The notes under the pieces were generated by a model, which made no database searches, was not told the origin of the DNA, and worked only from the letters and a program-made list of their open reading frames with translations. From contig OZ076417.1 in NCBI GenBank assembly GCA_964187785.1, forward strand, positions 10,106,001 through 10,170,000: 64,000 nucleotides of DNA, given 5' to 3'. Position numbers and translations under genes: made by a program. Every line of letters starts with the position of its first letter. Position 1 is the first letter of the stretch. The stretch is from Amphiscolops sp. MND2022. Lineage: Eukaryota. This document shows, one piece after another, positions 35,857 through 47,400 of the stretch.

Positions 35857-35958
35857 AGGGATTCATAATTGGCTCTAACAGTTCAGGGATTCATAATTGG
35901 CTCTAAGCGCATCTAAAGGATTCATGATTGGCTCTAAACCCCCCCTTTCCTTACTACT
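35857..35958 (-). repeat. Right TIR of the Polinton
   Basis: Ends ...ctaaaccccccctttccttactact; contains three repeat units. Confidence 0.93.
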
Positions 35959-35964
35959 ACTATC
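35959..35964. repeat. Right TSD ACTATC
   Basis: Matches 22199-22204. Confidence 0.95.
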
Positions 35965-38010
35965 CATCACATCAACAATTTGACGTGAATTTATTCAGTT
36001 GGCGACTCTGAGATTATAATTTTAATAACTTATATAACTTAGATACAGAAAACTTTATGGTTATAGACGGACATACAATACCATGCTATTTTGCTGACGG
36101 TTTTTGCAAACCAACCACTAAGATCCCGTTCACACTAGTTTGGTTCAGTGACGATTTCTGCTTCATTTTCACACTACAAGACTTTGTTGGTAGAATGACA
36201 AAAATTGATAACTGATATTGGATCCAAACTGATTCTTTTATTCACTCTCTACTTCAATCATCACAAAACCCACATAAAATCAGTCGTTCACGTTTCGTAA
36301 ACTTTTTCCACATACGCAAACATTCTGTGGCAAACCTGAAGCTCTCTGTTCTATACAAGATTCAGATCTTTTTGTTACATACAAAGAAGGTTTCAATATG
36401 CAAACAGGCAGCAAAATCCTCAATCTATGATAAACGAATATATCTCAGGGAAAATGGTATTAGGCACTACAAAACGACATTATGTTTTTCCAGCATGAAA
36501 TCAATAACAACTTCGCTACCATTGACTATGATGCACATGAAAACACTAAAAAAGACTAAACAATTAACCACGGATTTCGTTCCATGACTGTACAAGAACT
36601 TGAAATTTTTCATACCATATGTGAATTAGAACGCAATCAACTTCTTACAATACTTGCAATGTCTGTTCAAAACCCTCAGCTTGCGGGATTCCTTCTAACT
36701 GGAACTCGAAGCAATTTCCTTTATGTCGAAGGTTTCCCGGCTTGATTAATGACTATCAACTCTTTCTATCACCTTTATACAAAGGTTGTCGTTGCTTTGA
36801 CAGAAGATCTTTCATTACAAAGATATGTTCATGTATGTAAACCTTATAACAAGACAAAGTTTTGACTTTTCTACTCCTATACCTTGCGAAGCTATTCCTC
36901 GGAATATAATAGTTGTTGATCCTGGTGCAAACAATGAAGATTTCTCTATCCTTCGCCCAGAACCTATGAAACGAAAACCTCCTCTTATAATTACTCCTAC
37001 TCACTTAAAATCTAAAAGACGTCCTAACAACTTTACAGCCCTAGACGCTGGTATATATTCTAATGCAGAACTCGATCAATTCCGGTACAGAATACTCTAT
37101 CGAAACCATTCTGACACAACCCTTCCACTACTCGGAAAAGCTCTTGGTTATTCATTCATGTCTGCTATTACTGTAGACTACTATGATTCACACATTTCCC
37201 AGCCTAACCCCTATATAACACTTCTTATTGGACTACATGATAAACTTCTAAACCTCACTCCCATTTTTACACCTACATGGTTTGCTGATGCCTTCATTGC
37301 ATTGTTTGGTTACCCATGTTACATCCTTACACAATGTGGAATATATTTTTCTACTACACTCCTTTTCATACAAGCACTTTTAACACTTTTTATCAAAGGT
37401 TACAAAACAATCATTATCAAACAAAACCTTCAACAAAACATCACTATTGTTAATTCTATTGCACATGGTTTTTTCAACATTCTTGCAGCTGAAATGGTCA
37501 ATGGAGGACGCTCCTGCAAAAAAACGAGCTTTAATTTCGAATAAAACTTCTTCCGAAATTTCTTTGTCAACCATTATTGAAAACCCATTGAACGATTCTT
37601 CCGCTAGTTTAGATTACCCATTAGATAATCTAACTTTATCTCAAACTCCAACTAACGAGTCGCATAAATCAAATGGGACTACATCTCCACCACCGTTTTA
37701 CACTAAACGCCCTGTACGTAAACTGCCAAAAATATCAAGACTTAAATTTCTTCCTAAACAAAAACCCTACAATACTATTACTATTGACAACTCAAAACCA
37801 TTAGCATCATCTATGTCACCACCTTCATTACCCCATTACTCAACAGTCAATCAAAAACCTGACACCCATCCATTGAACTCTACAACACTTGACAACCATG
37901 ACAACAACTCCTGTCAAATTTTTTCTTCAACTTCTTCAACATCCTACCAGGTGACTACCACTCTCTTGTTTTCACTCGAAAAATCTACAGAACTCTCTAC
38001 TCTTCTCTGA
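35965..38010 (+). pseudogene. env: env 3' part of copy B (ectodomain, TM, long S/T/P-rich tail)
   Basis: ICELERNQLL (36617-), QNPQLAGFLLTG, RQSFDFSTPIPC. TM FGYPCYILTQCGIYFSTTLLFIQALLTLF. Aligns to 54230-56250. Confidence 0.85.
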
Positions 38011-38199
38011 CTTAAATAACTCTAAAGAACTCTCTAAACTTACAGAACTCTTCGATATATCTCTACCTCTGAATTATAGCTCTTCAATGAATATCAACAG
38101 AGTTGATCTTCGAATAGACATTTCTATTACTTGTTTGAATCAACCAACTGTCAAAATTCGCATTTTGTCCCTAGCTACTCCTGCAAAACAAAATAAAGC

Positions 38200-39584
38200 C
38201 ACTCTTTAGTACTTTTTCAATATGACTCAAGCACACATTGATCTTCAGTCACAATTTGACGCTCAGAACATTTCAAATATCTCAGATCCATCAACTACAC
38301 CTTTGTGTAAAATTTCAGCAAAGCCCTTGCTAAGTCCTATTGAAACTACAAAGCATATCGAATAAATGAAGACTACCAGATGGTATTCTGAATCTCCTGG
38401 TAAAAGTGATGATACACCTTCAAAACATTCTGAACAATCTATTTCAACACGTCCACCTTCTAAAAAGAAACATGATATCATGAGAGATCCTGCGTTTTCC
38501 ACTTCTCCAATCTATCCTCCAATACTTTCTCCAGAAGATTCCATTTCAACACAAAGAGATGAATATCTCGTACCACTCCTATCACATGATAATATCAAGT
38601 TCAAATCACAACTCACTTCATTGTACATGTATCCTACAGACTATACCTTCAGACTCTATGATAAGAATCAAGACTTTTTCACTTCTATCGCCTCAAAGAT
38701 AAATGACTCCATATCAGTATTGGCATGAAAACAAAATCAACGTCTTTTCATTACAATTCGGTTTTCTCAGACCATCCTTCTATGATCTCAAAACCGATGG
38801 GAATGATACTTCTTTTCTCACCACTTCTCAAAAGGTAACTCATCACTCTACGTACACCACATTTCTCAAACACAAAAGACCTCAAAAGTATATTTTCATC
38901 AATTATAAATATACATCACAATTACACCATGACACACTTATACACTATCAACCACTTTCGTATTACTGGCTATCTTCGAAATTATGACCCTATAAAACAA
39001 TACTTTTGTCTCTTACCGTATAATGATACACCTTGGCCGATCATCGTCCCACAAGAGTATCTGTTACATTTTGCTGACTTCCTTCTACCGTGGAATGTAC
39101 CTACTATCATTGCAAAACACTCATTAAACACCTTTTTTCTGCTCTTCCTAATGACAAAGAAAAGTCGTATTACAGAACTCTTTCCGAACAGTCAGATTCG
39201 TACAATGAACTCTTGTTCATTTTTGCCAAAATCATAGCAATTATGATCAAAACTGAACCAGCCAGATCTGAAAAACTTCTAAATCACTATTTACACTAAA
39301 CCTAACCTGAACATTACATTCCAACGCAAACATTAATCACTACCACTGACAAGCTCACCATTTTTCGCAATTCACGAACTCTTCGTGATAACACATACAA
39401 AGTGGATCCATACAAAAAGAATCCTACAGATTCTCCACTCACCGTTCTTACACACATACTTGAATGGTACTATCAAACATACAACATCTTACAATCTCTA
39501 AGAGTCACAGAATCATCTAAAACTACAAAAACTACACTTGAAAGGTTGAACATACCCTGGGTTGATGAAAAATGTAATTCTTGA
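38200..39584 (+). pseudogene. ORF-Y: accessory ORF downstream of env in copy B (frameshifted)
   Basis: ORF pieces 38366-38728, 38703-38987, 38929-39237 and 39090-39299 share KSQLTSLYM.PTDYTF.L.DKNQDFFTS and ITG.LRN.DPIKQYFCLLP.NDT with 56500-57780. Confidence 0.75.
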
Positions 39585-40289
39585 AAAAAACTTGCAAGAT
39601 GTCTTTGAAAATTCGAGGTGCAGAAAAGTTTTTTCGCTTCATTGAACATCACCATTATTAATCAACTCCGACAGTCCCTATACTCTATTATCGAAAAGCG
39701 TTTTCAGACATTTTTATTCAGAATGTTTTAAATAATATTTTAACAGACAAAAATCTGACTTCAGTCACCTCAGTTTCGTCAATTTAATATTGACTTAGGA
39801 GAGACAGCCAGAAAGATACAGCCAGTTTCACTTCCTAAATTGTAAGGGACCCAAAATGCAAACTCTAGAAAAAATCTCTAGAAGTGTGATTTTAGTGATG
39901 TTGTTTGAAGGCTTATTCTTTGGTTTCAAAAAACGACGTTTAAAATTCAGTTTTGATATAGTAGTTTGAAAAACAAAAGACCCTCTTTCATCATTTCATC
40001 ATGTACACACTGGAGACTTTGAAATTAGGCCAAAGGAACCTAAATTGATCATAGGCGTACGTTTTTGAAAAAACAAAACGCACAAAAACAAGAGAAAAAT
40101 CATCTTTTTTGACAATTGGTGAAGCTGTTGACTACCTTATCATAACACAGTTGTTATCTTGCAGGATTTGCATTGTCTTGCAAGATTCTTGTAAGTCTGG
40201 CATCGGCTCGAAAGAAGCTTGCAAGAAAACCATGTTTGTAAGAAACTGGCAAGATAAGTGCAAGAATTCTATTTCTTTCAAACTAGGGT
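39585..40289. mobile_element. ~0.7-kb insertion in copy B absent from copy C, with repeated CTTGCAAG motifs and ending in CTAGGG; probable non-autonomous DNA element
   Basis: The flanks align to adjacent sequence at ~57780-57850 in copy C. cttgcaag/cttgcagg recurs at ~39588 and ~40158-40235. Left boundary approximate. Confidence 0.5.
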
Positions 40290-40702
40290 AGTTCTCAATT
40301 CTTCTAATTCTATTTAACAACTCTTCAGGTGAACCAATTTTCTTATGTTTCTTTCTGGTACTCTTCTACCCACTTCACAGGTAACACTCTCTACTTTTTT
40401 CACTACATTTCGTACCTTAGCTCTTCTAAATTTTTTTACAACCTTACAATTGAATCTCTTAGGCTTTTGGTACAATTCTAGAACGCTTGTTTTACAATGA
40501 CACTTTGATTTTGCAACTCTCTAGAACTTCTTTATTCTCCTACTTCTTCACAATTCGATATCGCCCAATGGCCCTTTATTTTTGCCAATTCTTTCAGATA
40601 CATCTTGTTTTAATTTTTTTTCGAAATGTGAGACACTGTAGCAATTTCAATCTTGAACAAAACTAGCACCAAGTTTATTGAACACTTTAGCACCATTTTT
40701 GT

Positions 40703-41377
40703 ATGTTGCTTGACCCAATTACTCATCATTCGTTTTGTTTTAGAAACATTTTTTCTTCCCACTCCCATCCTTTTTTTGTGGTATTCTACTTCACAGATTT
40801 CCACGCATCCTGCCTCAGTCATCTCCAATCCATGGTCCACATCCATCTTGAATCTTTCTGCCAATCCCAATCAGTTCCCATCCATCGTCTCATTTCTTCC
40901 TCCAAAAAGAACTCTAAAACAAAAACAGTTTCTACTTCTAGCCAAACTAACAAAACTGTTGGTAATTCCAACGTTGATACCTTGAAGGTCGCAACTTTTA
41001 GGACTCTAGCTATGAAACTTGCTAATGAACTGAACGCTGACAACATTTCACCCAACACTCGCCGCGCCTCCTTTAAAATTAAGTACAACAACTTTTTACT
41101 CTCCACAAAAACGATTCTTTGTGAACACTATTACAGACTCCATGCTTCAGGCCCGAAAATAGCTATCTATGGAACAACCTCTTCCAATGTTTTTATCATT
41201 GATGAAACCTCTTTCGAGAAAGTCAATTTGTACTTTTTGCACGCTCTTCATGAAGCGCTTGATTCCTTTAACAACGTTCTTCAAGATTTTGGATTTTCCC
41301 AGACTCTCGAGCATTATAACCCACAGAAGCATCCAGACCAAACTGTTTCTAACCATCCATTCTACAACATACGTTAA
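40703..41377 (+). CDS. ORF-Z: second post-env accessory ORF of copy B (open 224-codon frame; true start uncertain)
   Basis: Homologous to 58400-58800 (LK.A.F..LA.K...E.N.D.I.P.T..AS; GPKIA; DFGF.Q.LEHYNP). Confidence 0.65.
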   Translation: MLLDPITHHSFCFRNIFSSHSHPFFVVFYFTDFHASCLSHLQSMVHIHLESFCQSQSVPIHRLISSSKKNSKTKTVSTSSQTNKTVGNSNVDTLKVATFRTLAMKLANELNADNISPNTRRASFKIKYNNFLLSTKTILCEHYYRLHASGPKIAIYGTTSSNVFIIDETSFEKVNLYFLHALHEALDSFNNVLQDFGFSQTLEHYNPQKHPDQTVSNHPFYNIR

Positions 41378-42415
41378 ATTGATTGCCAGCTTCACAAACT
41401 TCAGACTTCTCATCCTTCTTTTGCCCTGATCTTTTGGAGCTTTCTTCTCCACCTTCATTGCAGACCTTTTGCCCGCTTCTCCTCCACTTACTTCGCAGAC
41501 TTCTTGCAAACTTCAAACCCGCTTTCTTCGCTGTGCAACCCAGGCCCACTTCCGTCAACAGCTGTTGAACTTTGCACCGATGTTTTCAACTGTTTTAAAT
41601 TGATTTTCATTTTAACTATTACTCAGTTATAGACTTCATTTAATCATTAAATGTACACCTAATGTTCGTAATATTCTTTAGCTGTAGTCTGTTAATCTCG
41701 TAATCCATAATTTTTTGATTGTATACTTTAGCTTTGGTGTAATATCCTTGTAATCCATTTTATTTTAATGTATAATCTTTTCTGATGCTATATTGTGCAT
41801 AATACTCTACAGTAGCAAATTCTTTTCACTACATTATTCCTTTTTTTTTTACAGTACTATCTTTCTGCTTCTAGAACATTATGGTACTCCTTAAAAGTTT
41901 GAAACAGTTTTTCAACGTCCTTTGAAATTTTTTTCTTTGAGCCAATTGACTTCTTTCACTTTTGTTCACAACCCGCCAACTTTGGTTCATAACTCATTGA
42001 CAACTACAATTACACACAAAAAATTTTCAGCTTTTAAAGAGTTTGTTCATGTGACACAAAACTTGCTGATTACTTCAGACCAATTTTCTTTTAAGGCCGA
42101 TGAATGGACACTTAATGGTATTTGAATCCAAACGTACAATACATGTAAACATGTTGTCAAAAAAAGAACCGAACTGTCAGTCAAAAATTGCTTTGACATC
42201 TGTTGCGCCAAAGTGAACTGCACCATAAGAAGTTAACTGAACCGCTGTCGGTAGCGCCCACTCCTTAGCTATAGAACACTTCTTAAATTACAGAACATGT
42301 CACTTGTTCTATCAAGTTTCATATCACTTGAAAATAACATGATACAAAACACTTCAAAACAAAAACCCACTTCATCCATGTGATGTTTAGATTTTTTGAT
42401 CAAAACCCGTCTGAT

Positions 42416-42677
42416 TGTGATGCCATGATACATGACCTCAAAAGTTTATTTTTTTTGGAAAAGTTCTTTTACAGAATTTGAGAGATGACATCTTGTCCAA
42501 AGAAGTTGCTTTTATCATAATCGATTTAGTAATTTTTCGCTAATCTATATTATATTTAGTGAATGCTCGTACTTTTCAGATGTTGTAACCCACCAATCTA
42601 TATTCTATTTAGTGATGCTAGTCTAGTTTCTAGATGATGATAGTTATTAATGACAGTTATTTTATTGACATATCTTG
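42416..42677 (+). repeat. 5' part of the 3' LTR of copy B
   Basis: Begins TGTGATGCCATG after aaacccgtctgat, the same context as the 3' LTR of copy C (acccagtcgat|TGTAATGCCATG). Interrupted by copy C. Confidence 0.7.
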
Positions 42678-43086
42678 TGTGATGCCGTGATGCACGTCAT
42701 CAAGTTTTTTCATAACCTTGAAATGTATCTAACCTCGTGACCTAATAACCTCAGAGACGTCACATCATTTAGAAGTTGATACTTCGTTATTAGACTGCTG
42801 ACATTTCTTGACTATTTCATTAAAGACCTAATCTCATTGATGTCATCTTAGCTAGATTTGAATAATAATTAATCTTAGTAATCAATGAAGTAATTCTTGT
42901 AACTAACCCATCGGAAGAATAACTCGCATCTTGTATTCCAGAAGACGTCTCATCAATGAGAGAAAGACAGTAAATCTGAGATCTCAGTCCTCTAGCTAAT
43001 TAGTTACTTTGTTTAGGACTTAAGAAGTTCTTATGTATCTATTGAAAGATCTAAAGATAAACATAACCCTATTTCTAAACAGCTCA
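42678..43086 (+). repeat. 5' LTR of copy C (409 bp)
   Basis: TGTGATGCC...CAGCTCA; aligns over its full length to 60024-60477. Confidence 0.92.
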
Positions 43087-43088
43087 TT

Positions 43089-43106
43089 TGGTGCGATCAC
43101 GAAGTA
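43089..43106 (+). promoter_or_regulatory. Primer-binding site TGGTGCGATCACGAAGTA
   Basis: TGG two bases after the LTR end, complementary to a tRNA 3' CCA. TGGTGCG fits tRNA-Gly-type acceptor ends (inference). Confidence 0.8.
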
Positions 43107-43109
43107 TAT

Positions 43110-43160
43110 TCTCTCTCTCTCTCACTCACTCTCTCTCTCTCTTTCTCTCTCTCTCTCTTC
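43110..43160. repeat. (CT)n microsatellite in the leader
   Basis: ctctctctctctcactcactctctctctctctttctctctctctctc. Confidence 0.9.
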
Positions 43161-43278
43161 CTTCCATTCCACAAGTTCTCTGTTTTTGCCTTTCCTTTCT
43201 TTTCTTTTCCATACGCTATTTCTTTGTTCGACACACAGTCTCTCCACAACTTGGTATTATCTACAGCTTCTAACGCCA

Positions 43279-43620
43279 CGTCCCAACCAATTTTCCTTGA
43301 AAATTGATTCGTGTTGGTATGGTTCTGACCACGTAACATACGAAACTTCTGTCAGTCAATTTCTTTAACATTCCAACCACTTTTAACAGTGATACGTGTT
43401 GGCCATTTCTTTCCGCTCCAACCACAAAAAGTGTGATTCGTTTTGGTAAATTGACCTTCGTTCCAACCAATACACTAGTGATGCGTGTTGGTAGAAATAC
43501 TTCTCCGTTCCAACCACTTAAACAGTGATTCGTGTTGGTTTACTTCTAGACGTTCCAACCGATACGTGTTGGTTTCTTCAAAAGTGGTATCCAACAATTC
43601 CTGCCAGTGTAATTTTGGTT
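43279..43620 (+). repeat. Array of 6-7 stem-loop units CCAAC-CAC-loop-GTG-ATNCGT-GTTGG in the leader
   Basis: Units start at ~43279, 43369, 43414, 43459, 43506, 43551, with a degenerate one at ~43587. Confidence 0.85.
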
Positions 43621-43917
43621 CTAGCCGTTTTGGAACAACTCTTTGTGAGTTGGCACACTTTTCTTCAATTCTTCTGCTTCTTCAATACTGCTACGGGTAT
43701 AGACACAAACGTATCAGAAACACAATTATGTTACAAATAGTCACAAAGTTCTTAAAATCAAAAGTTTATTACAAATATATGATCGAGAACTATATTACAG
43801 ATCTATTATACTACATAGAACAATTTATATAATATCTTACATATTTTATTACACATTCTATTACAACAAAACACAGAACAAACAACTTTGTAGTACAGTA
43901 CACAACTATCTCAATAA

Positions 43918-44088
43918 ATGCCTTCAGCCGATGATCTTGTTAAGTTCTTTATATTGCTATTGTTTTTCTTTGCATTCATTGGTGGTCTTGGTCTACTATT
44001 TGATCAATTTTTAGTTCCTTTCATACCCAAAGTCGCTTTATATATATCTTATGATACTTTGCTCTCTCATACCCTATGTAACAAATAA
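43918..44088 (+). CDS. ORF0 of copy C: 56-aa hydrophobic peptide upstream of gag
   Basis: MPSADDLVKFFILLLFFFAFIGGLGLLFDQFLVPFIPKVALYISYDTLLSHTLCNK*; FDQFL.PFI.K is shared with copy B. Confidence 0.55.
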   Translation: MPSADDLVKFFILLLFFFAFIGGLGLLFDQFLVPFIPKVALYISYDTLLSHTLCNK

Positions 44089-44265
44089 ACATTACTTCTC
44101 CTTTGTACTATTCTTACTATTATGGTCCAAAATCTTTTTGAAGAACAATTCTTTCCATATAATAAGTATTCATCCAGACCTTAGTCTCGTTCATTACTTT
44201 TATCCTTTATTCAAAAAGTACATTTCAAAACACTAAAACAAATCGATGTGTTTATATGTTACACA

Positions 44266-47200
44266 ATGTGTCCATCTCCATTTCAATCAACTACACCTTA
44301 ACATAGGAACATTCGTTCTCTTACTCAAACTGTTAAACCATTTTTAAATAACATTATACTTCAATACACAAATCCTTCTCCATTTGAAACAGAAGCAAGT
44401 TCTATACATACAATTCCGTTGGTAAGAGAACATTTAGACCCATGTTTATATTACATTCGATACGAAACATTAGATACCAATACATCTCAAAACCCATTTC
44501 AAATCATTTTCAACCCTGTTCCTAACAATAATTCTGGAACATGTTCTAGAACTATTTATCTACAAAATAACTCATTTCAAATTGATGTTTTTGTTACATA
44601 TCTGGACAAACTAAAAGAATACAATGAAAATCTATATCATCCTATATACAGATCTTCTCATTTAGAAAGTCTAAGACAAAAGTGATTATTTCGAATTGCA
44701 CAATATTGAACGACAAAACAATCATCACTATTGGTTACAACAAGATATATTACAAATAAGCCAGTTTCAGTACACGTTTTTCCAAAATATAATACTTTAT
44801 GAAGATATTGTACCTCAAACCAAAGTTTACTCTCAACTTCTATTAAAACTTTTTAGATTCAATTATCAACACTTGTGGGAAGAACAAGATCAACCTGCTT
44901 CTAAAAATTTTCCACAAGCTTTAACACATACAGAACTTCTACCTTTCATCATCCAAGACGGAAGCAAACACCTTTTATACAAAGATCTTACACAACTGCA
45001 TATGCCGTATTTTGAGATTATATCATATGATCATACGTTTTATGTTGAACACTCTGAAACATCTGATAGTAGACCTTATGTATCTTCCGAAATAACTATA
45101 GACAATCCATATTACGATGATGAATCGACTACATCACAAAATGAACAGATTGAAACATGTCATGACCCACAAGAAACATTTAATGATAAACATCAAAATT
45201 CTGATGAATTTTTAGAACAAACCCAACAAAATCAAAATACACTTACTTTTGATACTACATCAACAATTCAAGATGAAAGTAATACAGATACCCATACGGA
45301 TACCCGTAGTGTTTCACAGTTACTACGAACTCCAACCTTTTAATTTTCCTACAGACAAAATGAACACATTAACAATGATAATGAACTACTCAAGTTTAAT
45401 TTGATGCCTCAACTATAATATCACAAAATACTGCTAATACTCTACCACCAATGATACCACAACAAGTCACACGATCTCATGATCCACCTCCAATACCTCT
45501 TCAATTGTGTACACATAATACTCCTCATAACTCTCCACAACAAGGTTCTTCAAAGATGAATATTGCACAAAATGTTTCTCAATTTCAATCCCAACAAACC
45601 ATTCTGTGTACACCATCATACACTCAAGCTTCAACCTCTAAAACACAACTATCAACCTTTACTACAAATACAATTCATACAAATCCACAAACTTATACAA
45701 CAACTTCTAGAACGCTATCGAGACCTCCATTACCTCTTATTCCAAACAATTCACTTTCGTACAGTCTATCAAGTACAAATATAAACAATATTCAACAACC
45801 TAAACAGTACCTCATACACAATTGATTACTCTTCAATTGGATCCATTGTCCACTTCTCAAATACCACGTATTCCTTCGATTAATATACGAAATAACCCAC
45901 ATATTTACACAACCAATACCTTTTCTACTATCAATACACAAAACACCCACAACATACCTCCGTCATCAAATGTCAATTATCATACAATACTTTCTGCTAC
46001 ACTACCTCTTCCCATAGTATCAAATCCAACATAAAAAATTCCTCTGCTTCTATATCTGAACCTATAAAACCCTTCGATGGCTTAGATCATGAATATACAC
46101 CCGAAAAATTTTTACAGCACATTGAAGCACGTGTTACATTTTCACTTGGTTTACAACCCTCAACTGAAGATGAATATAAAATCTGGCACGCCCGACGCAT
46201 GGTTTTCATACAATGCTCTTTTACTGGTACACCTCTCAGTTGGTACATTCGTCTCAATGACACCTACCAACAAGACTGGTCCGCTTTTGTACAAGCATTC
46301 CAAAAACAATTGTCCTCACAAAAAATGCATTTTACGCTCAAGTTGAAGCTATCACACTTGTCAAAAAAGACAATGAGACAGTTCGCCATTTTGCACCAAA
46401 AGTCCAACAACTAATTGAAAAATGCTGGTGCAATGAGAACGCCTCAACAATAAATCCTAAATTTAACGAAATTTTCACCGAAGGATTACCAAAAAGTCTT
46501 AAAGAGTTTGCTAATAAAAGACAAGTCAAACACACTTTTACTGTATTAGAACCCTCAATACCCTTTCTTTCATTTGTTAAATTTGTTGATGCTGAAGATA
46601 TAGCGAATGATAAAATTCGTACACATGATCTTACTTTAGAAGTAAATACTTTTACTAATCAATTACAACCCCAAACTATTGAACAACAACCAGATCAACT
46701 TGTGTTTACTCAATTCAAAGATCCAAATAATAAATCGAAACCCGCATACAAAAAATATTGTCCATACTGTCACAGAACAAATCATTCTATTCCATCATGT
46801 TTCGGAAAACACAGAGACGATGATGATAAAAGAGAAGCCTATGCAAGATCATAATCTCAACAAAAACCTTTTGTACAATCCTTTCCTTGCAACTCAAATA
46901 CAAGAACAAACAGAAAAGATGATAGAGAAAACGAAAAATACAACCGACAACGTAGTTGAAGTACATCACGAATTAGTTATCATACAAAAAAATTCCTCAC
47001 AGAACAGATACCGCTCTACATCACGAGATCGAAATCACTATGACAGAAGAACTACTCCTCAACATTACACACGCTCACGATATGATAACTACAAACGAGA
47101 TTCTAGATTGTATCATTCTTTTTATAGATCATACAGATCACCATATAGACACGATTCTCGTGCTAGATAGAGATCACGTTCTTATTCAAGAGACAATAAT

Positions 47201-47400
47201 TTTACAAGATATATCTCTTCATTTAGACCTCCTTCAAGACCAAGAGATTTTAGATATTTTAGATCCCGCTCGCACTCTAATACAAGGAACAAAAGTGATA
47301 CAGTAGAAACGCAATCACAAAATGACCCTATGAAATTTGAAGTACATATGTTTACTCCTACAGAAAGGGCTAACGCTTTGACACCAACCAGTTGGTTCTA
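44266..47400 (+). pseudogene. gag: gag of copy C: long N-terminal region, capsid domain, CCHC knuckle, RS-rich tail
   Basis: IKPFDGLDHEYTPEKFLQHIE...LSWY...QDWSAFVQAF (46060-46310). YCPYCHRTNHSIPSC (~46757-46800). RSRSRSYSR region (47000-47290). Confidence 0.88.

Larger units (their letters stand above)
22205..35958. mobile_element. Polinton/Maverick (adintovirus-like) element, 13,754 bp, complete termini, few lesions
   Basis: AGTAGT...ACTACT termini, ~100-bp TIRs, 6-bp TSD, and the core gene set (pPolB, integrase, ATPase, adenain protease, major and minor capsid proteins). Confidence 0.97.

Noticed and set aside
42101-43086. One long LTR shared by tandem elements B and C, starting after AAGGCCGA (a PPT-like motif)
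   Set aside because: 42101-42415 is far more diverged from 59731-60023 than 42678-43086 is from 60024-60477. A TG start at 42678 with a matching CTTG TSD shows a nested insertion instead.
43033-43368. Hydrophobic ORFs (SLSLSL / REREK) over the PBS
   Set aside because: Translations of the (CT)n microsatellite and pyrimidine-rich leader.
43279-43620. CRISPR-like appearance (palindromic repeats with variable spacers)
   Set aside because: Eukaryotic LTR-element leader; spacers only ~10-15 nt, repeats degenerate, no cas genes. Treated as an RNA stem-loop array.
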